Assembly: GCA_041500865.1 (NCBI GenBank) | Contig: JBGQMY010000022.1 | Span: 1-20,840, forward strand | Direction of reading: 5' to 3' | DNA: 20,840 nt | DNA from: Candidatus Micrarchaeia archaeon | GTDB taxonomy: Archaea > Micrarchaeota > Micrarchaeia > Anstonellales > J096 | Shown: in pieces, positions 15,854-20,840 of the stretch | How the letters are laid out: every line of letters begins with the position of its first letter | Position numbering within the stretch: position 1 is the stretch's first letter | Translations under genes and position numbers: made by a program | The notes under the pieces: model-generated | The model's input: only the letters and a program-made list of their open reading frames with translations | Database searches by the model: none | What the model was told of the DNA's origin: nothing

Positions 15854-15876
15854 TTGTGCGGCAAACAGGTTAAAAA
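15854..15876 (-). promoter_or_regulatory. Conserved TATA-like + TTTGCCGCACAA element, copy 3
   Basis: Minus strand TTTTTAA-CCTG-TTTGCCGCACAA-AAGGAGGC-ATG(15845). Confidence 0.7.
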
Positions 15877-15947
15877 TAGTGACCGTAGACGCCCTTGGCA
15901 CCCACGTCCCAAGCGGGTTAAAAGGCTTTTGATGCAACAGGGAAGCA

Positions 15948-17222
15948 ATGGAAGAGAACCCGAAGCAGGACATAGCCTTGATACCGTCGCACGCGCTTAT
16001 AGAGCACGCCACAGCGAGGCTTGGGCAGGGCGCCCAGCTCAAGGAGCTGAAGGAGCTCAGGGACGAGATGGTAAGGCGCGGGTTCGTACACCCGTTTGCG
16101 CACATGGCAAGGATTCCGGGCGATGCGGAAAAGAGGGAACAGGAAGACATAAAGAAGCACATGGACCATTTCATGAGGATGGCTGTGCTTAAGAAGTACA
16201 CGCTTGTCAAGACGCAGGCGATGATAGCCGAAAATGCGCTCAAAAAGGCGCTGGCAAGGAACGGCTATACCGACCTGATTGCGCACATGCCGAGGAACGG
16301 CGATTACATAGGCGAGCTGATAATACACGGCAACGGCGCAGTAAAGGCGTACAAGGAGCTTGACGGATACCTGTCAAAGTCCGGCCATACCGAGGAAAGG
16401 CACTATGTCGAGGTTGAAGAGCTTGGCATGGTGTACACTAAAAAGGGAAAGACAAGGGAGGAGGCGATGGCAGGCCTCCCAAACGAAGCGATAATCAAGA
16501 AATCTGGAAAGACGAAAAAGAGGTTCCCGATAATCAGGAGCAAGATGATAAGGAAGCTGCTGTGCGCGTCCGTAGCCTGCTATGTTTCCGATTTGGCGAT
16601 AGGCCAGTTCAACGCAGGGAAGATAAGGGAATACAACAAGGCGCTGCTGGAGCTGGGCATAGCGCCGTTCAGCAGGCTGGACTATGCAGAGGGATTCGAG
16701 AAGGAGAAGAGGGAGCTTGCAAAGAAGGGATACATGGAAAGCGACGGAGAGGCGTTCAAGACCAGGAAGGAGTGGGTTGAGGAAATATACAGGACAAGGG
16801 ACGGCATGAACAAGTGGATAATGAGGAACGCCGCTGCGATGCTCTTCACGCCCATAATGAAATACTATTTGCTGAACAACAGGACGCAAAGGGAAAGGGG
16901 CCTCGTGTTCCCGACGCTTGCCCCGATGCCCAGCGAGGAGCAGGTTGCGGTCTTCGTGTACCTGAGGAGCCTGCTCGGGATAGACGCATACAGCGTCATA
17001 AGGAGAAAGCTGCAGTTTGAGAATGTCATGGAGTCGGGGGAATTGGCTGCAGGGCTTCTTGCCATATACGGGACAAAGGAGATAGCGTCAAAAATGACTG
17101 GCATGGACGAAGCCGGCGTAAGCAAGGCAGAGGCAAGCGTAAAGGCAATCATGGAGGGCGGAAAGGGGCATGAGTTCGCGGCATACCTTGGAGATAAGGG
17201 GGACAAGGAAGGCAATAGCTGA
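15948..17222 (+). CDS. Conserved archaeal protein, DUF530-like
   Basis: L.ELRDEM.RRGF..PF, F...A.LKK.TL, P..GDY, P..KYYL, FP.L...P resemble DUF530 proteins as I recall them; genome-typical codon usage. Confidence 0.6.
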   Translation: MEENPKQDIALIPSHALIEHATARLGQGAQLKELKELRDEMVRRGFVHPFAHMARIPGDAEKREQEDIKKHMDHFMRMAVLKKYTLVKTQAMIAENALKKALARNGYTDLIAHMPRNGDYIGELIIHGNGAVKAYKELDGYLSKSGHTEERHYVEVEELGMVYTKKGKTREEAMAGLPNEAIIKKSGKTKKRFPIIRSKMIRKLLCASVACYVSDLAIGQFNAGKIREYNKALLELGIAPFSRLDYAEGFEKEKRELAKKGYMESDGEAFKTRKEWVEEIYRTRDGMNKWIMRNAAAMLFTPIMKYYLLNNRTQRERGLVFPTLAPMPSEEQVAVFVYLRSLLGIDAYSVIRRKLQFENVMESGELAAGLLAIYGTKEIASKMTGMDEAGVSKAEASVKAIMEGGKGHEFAAYLGDKGDKEGNS

Positions 17223-17550
17223 ATTGTTAACGCCCAATCCGGAGATAACGGATGTCATGCTTTACGCGAAGCCATCAAAGAGGATGCTCTTTGCCATGCT
17301 GAACGCGCTGCCGAACCTCAAGAGGATAACGGTTGGAAAGGGAATAGCAAGGCAGATATCAAAGAGGCAGATGGAAGCGCTGGACAAGGTGGGCATAGAG
17401 GTAATTCTGGAGGACAGGAAACGCGGAAGGAAGCCAATGTTCTCAGCAGAGCAAAGAAAAGCCATAATGGAAGAATTCGCAAGGGACCCGTCCTCCATGG
17501 CAAAGTACGGGATAGGCAGAAGGGCGGTCTATTACTGGATGAAAAAGTAA
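17170..17550 (+). CDS. DUF1699-like protein with C-terminal HTH
   Basis: PNLKRI.....A.Q.SK....AL...GIEV...RGRKP.F followed by HTH-like YGIGRRAVYYW; overlaps the upstream gene (start 17170 ATG or 17188 TTG). Confidence 0.65.
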   Translation: MSSRHTLEIRGTRKAIAELLTPNPEITDVMLYAKPSKRMLFAMLNALPNLKRITVGKGIARQISKRQMEALDKVGIEVILEDRKRGRKPMFSAEQRKAIMEEFARDPSSMAKYGIGRRAVYYWMKK

Positions 17551-19971
17551 TCAGCCAATCTGCGCATTGGGCGCATAAATCCTTATTTTCGCGTCCATTG
17601 CCTTGTAGTATGCGTCGCTGGCGCAGCCCCCGCAAGCGTCTATCGCGCCCATGTAGGCTGAAAGCACCTGCGTGCCATACTGTATCTTCGGGTATGCGCC
17701 CTTCACCTTTGAGTAGAACGTGACTGGGTCCATTTTTGCGTTTCCGCAGACGCCATACTGGTTCTTGTAGTTCCATTTCTTGTTGTCGTAGCTGCAGCAC
17801 AGGGACTGGCCGATGCTGTTCATCTTGCCGCAGTCGCTGCCCTTGTCCACGTTGGGCCTGAAGCTGCTCCAAAGCGGGACGTATGTGTCAGACCCGCTGC
17901 TTATTGGGTTCCCGTAATAGCGCTCTGCAGTGAACTCAACTGTCAGGGCGTCCCTGAGGTTCTGGTTGTCTGCATCTGAAAATGACGAGACGTTGAATAT
18001 GTCGCGGTTGTTGGACACCGCGGAAGACGCATCAGGAAGGAACTGCCACGCTATCTTATAGGCTGCTGCGCAGATGCTGTGGCTGGCATTGAACGGGTTG
18101 AAGCTGGCGCCGCCGCATGCCTTCACCTCCGGAGGCATCGCAAGGCCGCGCTGCGCATACATGGCGCCTGGCAAATCAGTGGTCTGCATCATGCCGCTCG
18201 CGCAGATGGTGTACTGCGGCTGGGGCGCGCCTGGCTGCCGGCTGTTGTCATAAGGCGGGTCAGGCATGGAATTTACGTCGCACCCTGCCTGGCCTGCTGC
18301 GTCCACAATGTCGGACTTGTGTACGACTATCCCTGTGCACTTGGATGCGTCGCTTGCATTAAGGTATGAGATGGCGCAGTGGTCAAAACCGGATTCCTGC
18401 TGCGCGATGGCCCTCAGAAGGTTTGAGTCTATGTCGTAAAGCTCGCCGTAGAACTCCATCCTGCGTATGGCGTCATCGGGCTTGGTGCAGTGCGAGCTGT
18501 CAAAGCTGCCCTTGATGCCCTTGAGGAAGGGCGGCGTGTCCTTTGAGTCGTAGATGAGGAAGCATGCCTTGCACCTGTACGTCTGGTCTTCCTTGTTCCC
18601 GTAGTTCACGTCGGCAAGGGGCACGTAGTCGCCCGTGCTCTGCCTTCCCCCGTACGTCATCGTCTTCTCCGGAATGAAGTCAAGGACCCCGCACTTGTCC
18701 CCCAACGGCGAAGTGTCAATCGCAAAAAGCTGGAAGTTCCTGTTTCCGTAGTAGTTTTGGCACAAGGAGAACCACGTGGACGAGGCGCTCTGCCTCAGCG
18801 ACGGGCTTGACAAATCCGGGTTCATGAACGACATGTTTTCAACGGGCTCGAAGAACGCGTCTGAATAGAACGGCTCGGGGGACATGCCAAGCACGCCGTT
18901 TTTGGACATTTCTGGTATGTCGTTGAACATCAGCCAGAAAATCTTGCGCTCCTCGAAGTCGCTCCACCTGCACGCGCTCCTGTTGATGTTTACGTAATAC
19001 CAGAAGGTCGGCTTGCCGTACTTCGCCCTTATCGCAGTGCTCGCCTCCTCTGCCAGGCCCTCAAGATGGTCTCCTGAGCCGCAGTTCGTGTCGTTGTTGT
19101 CAACAAGGTAGTCGCTGTCGATGCCGAAGCCGACGAAATCAACGTACTGCAGCGAGTCGTAGCCCGATTCATTCAGCGCATTGAGCATCTTGGTGCCGTT
19201 GGGCCCGTTCCTTATGGACAATCCGACCATGCAGTTCGGGCAGTTGAGCCTTATCTCCCTTATCTCGTTGTTTATCTTCCCTATGTTGCCGTCGCTTGAC
19301 TGGGGGTTCATCTCAGTCGCTATCATCACGGGGCCCAAACCTGACATCTGGCTTGCGAAGTCCGCAGCGTTCTCCTGGTCTGGGACTGTGCCGTTGTTGT
19401 AGAGTATGTAGAGCGGAATCACGCTCTTGTCAAGGAAGCACGCCGCTCCGGAATACGACTTCGGCGAAAATGAGTATTTCACTCCGTCAAGGGAGCGGAC
19501 CAGCTTGACCGCATACCTGAGCGAATTGTTGCAGTACGGGTTGGCGTCGTTGAAGTCCGCAAAGCTCATGCCCTGGCCTATGCCGAACTCGCGCGCATAG
19601 TAGACGCCCTTGCTTAGGTTGGTCATGGTATCGTTCTTGTTCTCGTTCGTGACGTTCTGGAGCCAGCAGCTGCCGCCGATGAGCGAGGGGTCCATCCATT
19701 GCCAGTAGCGAGCGCTGTAGTACATGAACTTTACCCACTTGCTGAAAGAGGACGTGGCCTTTGAGGCGTTCTGGCACACCAGTATGCTGCAGCTTCCCTG
19801 GCTGAGGTAGGCGTCCAGCTTCGCCTTGTCCACGCTCATGTTCGGATTCATGATGGTGTTGCTGTCTATAAGATACTGATTCGTGCTTGAGGCTATCATG
19901 CTTTGCGTGCATCCTGAAAGCAGCGCCAAGGAAATTATGACTGTCAATGCCAAAACCTGTGCCTTATCCAT
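17551..19971 (-). CDS. Large Cys-rich lipoprotein with putative glycoside-hydrolase-like TIM barrel and SLT/GH23 lytic transglycosylase domain
   Basis: Signal MDKAQVLALTVIISLALLSG|C (lipobox); SLT motifs YDIDSNLLRAIAQQESGF, ASGMMQ, NPFNASHSICAAA; many N-x-S/T sequons. Start 19971 after TGAGGT, or 19986 by ATGA overlap. Confidence 0.8.
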   Translation of the reverse strand: MDKAQVLALTVIISLALLSGCTQSMIASSTNQYLIDSNTIMNPNMSVDKAKLDAYLSQGSCSILVCQNASKATSSFSKWVKFMYYSARYWQWMDPSLIGGSCWLQNVTNENKNDTMTNLSKGVYYAREFGIGQGMSFADFNDANPYCNNSLRYAVKLVRSLDGVKYSFSPKSYSGAACFLDKSVIPLYILYNNGTVPDQENAADFASQMSGLGPVMIATEMNPQSSDGNIGKINNEIREIRLNCPNCMVGLSIRNGPNGTKMLNALNESGYDSLQYVDFVGFGIDSDYLVDNNDTNCGSGDHLEGLAEEASTAIRAKYGKPTFWYYVNINRSACRWSDFEERKIFWLMFNDIPEMSKNGVLGMSPEPFYSDAFFEPVENMSFMNPDLSSPSLRQSASSTWFSLCQNYYGNRNFQLFAIDTSPLGDKCGVLDFIPEKTMTYGGRQSTGDYVPLADVNYGNKEDQTYRCKACFLIYDSKDTPPFLKGIKGSFDSSHCTKPDDAIRRMEFYGELYDIDSNLLRAIAQQESGFDHCAISYLNASDASKCTGIVVHKSDIVDAAGQAGCDVNSMPDPPYDNSRQPGAPQPQYTICASGMMQTTDLPGAMYAQRGLAMPPEVKACGGASFNPFNASHSICAAAYKIAWQFLPDASSAVSNNRDIFNVSSFSDADNQNLRDALTVEFTAERYYGNPISSGSDTYVPLWSSFRPNVDKGSDCGKMNSIGQSLCCSYDNKKWNYKNQYGVCGNAKMDPVTFYSKVKGAYPKIQYGTQVLSAYMGAIDACGGCASDAYYKAMDAKIRIYAPNAQIG

Positions 19972-19982
19972 TGTCAAAAACC

Positions 19983-20840
19983 TCATTTGTACTCTACGCC
20001 GCATTGCGTGCATGAGCCTGCCCCCCTTCTCACAAGGCTGCCGCACTGGCTGCATTTCATCATGTAGTTGGTTCCGCCTAGCGTTACTGCCGCTATGTTC
20101 AGCGGCGCTGAAAGCGTACTTGCAAAGAAGTTTGCGGTCGCGCCCCCTACTTTTTTGGCAAAACGCTTTGGCGCTGCTTCTGGCCGTCCGGTCAGCGGGT
20201 CTATCGGTCCTTCCTCCTCCATAGCGTCCCTGGCTCTGTCGTATATGTTGTTCAATCCCCTTTCCACTGTGCTGGACAGGAAGTTTGTTGCTATGAGCGG
20301 GTTTATCATTATGCCCATTGCGTGCCTTGACGGCGAATAGTACGAAAGCTCCTGCTCCCTCTTGAAATAGTCGTCCACAATCGTGGTGTGCCTCTTCCTT
20401 ATGCTTAACGACGCATACGCAAGGTCGTCCTTGTCGGCCATGTTCATGGAGCTGGTCTTAGGCTCCTTGAAAACCCATTGGTCTCTGCCCGGATCCTCGT
20501 TCCGCTTCCATTCCTGTGTCTTGAACTCATAAAGGTTGTAGACCTTCCATTGCTGGGCCGGCTCCACGACGTGCCTGCCCGTGCCCCATTGGAAATGCTC
20601 CCTGCCAGGTATGTCCGCAGGCGTGCCGAACTCGTTTGAGTACCAGTAGAAGTGCGATGAGACTCTCCTTGCGAGATGTGTTTCCTCCTTGTCGGCTATC
20701 GCGCTCCCCTCATTGGGGTTTGTGGAAGCTATCCAGTTTCCGACAGGCTCCATCCTCTTCTTTGACCAGGACCAGACGTTCGCCCCTCCTAACCTCTTCC
20801 ACAGGTCAATTCCTTCTGAAGTGTCTGAGTCTGTCTTGAA
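19983..20840 (-). CDS. Partial CDS (5' end outside window), hypothetical protein with C-terminal zinc ribbon
   Basis: Frame stays open from 20753 to the window edge (FKTDSDTSEGIDLWKRLGGANVWSWSKKR precedes the listed Met); ends CSQCG-x8-CTQCG; tightly coupled to the SLT lipoprotein gene. Confidence 0.8.
   Translation of the reverse strand, partial: FKTDSDTSEGIDLWKRLGGANVWSWSKKRMEPVGNWIASTNPNEGSAIADKEETHLARRVSSHFYWYSNEFGTPADIPGREHFQWGTGRHVVEPAQQWKVYNLYEFKTQEWKRNEDPGRDQWVFKEPKTSSMNMADKDDLAYASLSIRKRHTTIVDDYFKREQELSYYSPSRHAMGIMINPLIATNFLSSTVERGLNNIYDRARDAMEEEGPIDPLTGRPEAAPKRFAKKVGGATANFFASTLSAPLNIAAVTLGGTNYMMKCSQCGSLVRRGAGSCTQCGVEYK

Overview
Archaeal chromosomal window; a DPANN lineage such as Micrarchaeota is my inference from the divergent ribosomal proteins, short RpoD and T-loop tRNA intron. 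Core genes are RFC large subunit, a VIT1/CCC1 transporter, tRNA-Ser(GGA) with a 30-nt bulge-helix-bulge intron at non-canonical position 59/60, rps13-rps4-rps11-rpoD, tRNA-Leu(GAG), top6B-top6A and a DUF530/DUF1699-like pair. Accessory genes are a membrane-anchored wHTH, an ArsR regulator with a membrane partner, an ABC ATPase/COG1361/FtsX-permease operon, a DUF6036-like nucleotidyltransferase with a decayed upstream partner, two convergent ankyrin genes, and a large Cys-rich lipoprotein with a lytic-transglycosylase (SLT/GH23) domain downstream of a truncated zinc-ribbon protein. Three signals stand out. (i) The element TTTTTAA-N4-TTTG[CG]CGCACAA-N7/8-ATG precedes both ankyrin genes and a third, unannotated gene at the left edge about 14 kb away. 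(ii) The two otherwise divergent ankyrin proteins share an ungapped 37-aa C-terminal tail ending F-x2-SF-x-ECV-x2-stop, which looks like a targeting or modification signal. (iii) The surface lipoprotein carries a peptidoglycan-lytic fold. Together these suggest, as a hypothesis only, a co-regulated effector/host-interaction system.
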